This document shows, in pieces, positions 27,111-27,669 of a DNA stretch of 27,669 bases; within the stretch, counting starts at the first letter, position 1, and every line of letters starts with the position of its first letter. The notes below the pieces were generated by a model. The model saw nothing but the letters and a program-made list of their open reading frames with translations. It had not been told where the DNA came from and did not search any database. Position numbers and translations under genes: made by a program. Origin of the DNA: Candidatus Thorarchaeota archaeon (GTDB taxonomy: Archaea; Asgardarchaeota; Thorarchaeia; Thorarchaeales; Thorarchaeaceae); assembly GCA_011364905.1 (NCBI GenBank), contig RDNZ01000041.1, positions 1 through 27,669 of the forward strand, in the 5' to 3' direction.

Positions 27111-27669
27111 ATGACTCAATTGAGACCGTTCTTTGTTGTTGGAACCAGACCGGAGATAATCAAGATGGCCCCGGTCATTCATGAGTGCGAACGAAGGCAG
27201 ATTGACCTTTTCCTGCTCCATACAGGGCAGCATTACTCAGATAATATGAGTCGTATGTTCTTTCATGAATTGGACTTGAAAGATCCCGATACCAATCTCA
27301 ACATAGGTTCAGGGTCACAGTCGGAACAGACTGCAAAAGCTCTAGTGGGCATCGAAAAGGAGTTGCTTCGAGAGCAACCAGATATCGTCCTCGTGGAGGG
27401 GGACACCAACGCCGTGTTATCAGCAGCACTGGCTGCGGTCAAGCTACATATTCCGGTAGGACACATAGAGGCTGGATTAAGGAGTTACGACATCCGGATG
27501 CCGGAGGAGCACAATCGCAGACTCACAGACCACGTTTCTGAGTTTCTCTTTGCACCAACGGAGAGGTCGGCTGAGATTCTCAAGGGTGAGAACGTATGGG
27601 GAAAGGTCTTTGTGACTGGAAATACTGTGATTGATGCACTGGAAGAATTGGTACCGAAGGTAGCTAGAA
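27111..27669 (+). CDS. wecB: UDP-N-acetylglucosamine 2-epimerase, non-hydrolysing (3'-truncated by window; absent from the ORF track)
   Basis: Manual translation from ATG 27111 (in-frame TAA at 27105): MTQLRPFFVVGTRPEIIKMAP...HTGQHY...VEGDTN...GHIEAGLRS...MPEE.NR...FAPT...TGNTVIDAL; open to the window end. Confidence 0.95.
   Translation, partial: MTQLRPFFVVGTRPEIIKMAPVIHECERRQIDLFLLHTGQHYSDNMSRMFFHELDLKDPDTNLNIGSGSQSEQTAKALVGIEKELLREQPDIVLVEGDTNAVLSAALAAVKLHIPVGHIEAGLRSYDIRMPEEHNRRLTDHVSEFLFAPTERSAEILKGENVWGKVFVTGNTVIDALEELVPKVAR

Noticed and set aside
126-27466. The many 60-190 aa alternate-frame or antisense ORFs in the track (e.g. 6961-7410, 9115-9531, 12684-13103, 13191-13754, 24947-25318, 27263-27466)
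   Set aside because: They lie within or opposite well-supported genes, have no motifs, and show the Ser/Ile/Thr-rich composition typical of antisense shadows.
1-27669. tRNA/rRNA genes, CRISPR arrays, transposases/integrases, defence systems
   Set aside because: Intergenic gaps are under 300 bp with no cloverleaf or repeat-spacer pattern, and no ORF shows such motifs.

Overview
Gene-dense archaeal chromosomal window. The archaeal call rests on ApgM-type phosphoglycerate mutase, archaeal-type MoaA, GGTGA/GGAG ribosome-binding sites and TATA-like boxes. The tandem Ig-like surface repeats suggest an Asgard, possibly Thorarchaeota-like, host, but that is inference only. There are three blocks: (1) tungstate ABC transporter tupB/tupC plus a molybdopterin operon moaA-moaE-moaC-moaB-moeA, followed by a nucleotide-sugar dehydrogenase (WecC-like); (2) lower glycolysis apgM-eno and a divergent pyk, with a 1,046-1,049 aa membrane-anchored arylsulfate sulfotransferase (ASST)/Ig-repeat/lectin-like protein in between; (3) a ~13.6 kb surface-glycosylation cluster with two GT-C (GT87/PIG-M-like) membrane glycosyltransferases carrying extracellular domains, rmlA/rmlD/rmlC but no recognisable rmlB, an SDR epimerase, GT2, a flippase, GT4, a DPM1-like polyprenol-phosphate glycosyltransferase and a partial wecB missing from the ORF track. 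I found no tRNA, rRNA, CRISPR array or mobile element. The best candidate for an undescribed system is an extracytoplasmic glycan-decoration pathway (lipid-P-sugar synthase + flippase + 2 GT-C) possibly coupled to PAPS-independent sulfation by a cell-surface ASST. All calls come from manual motif reading; no searches were run.
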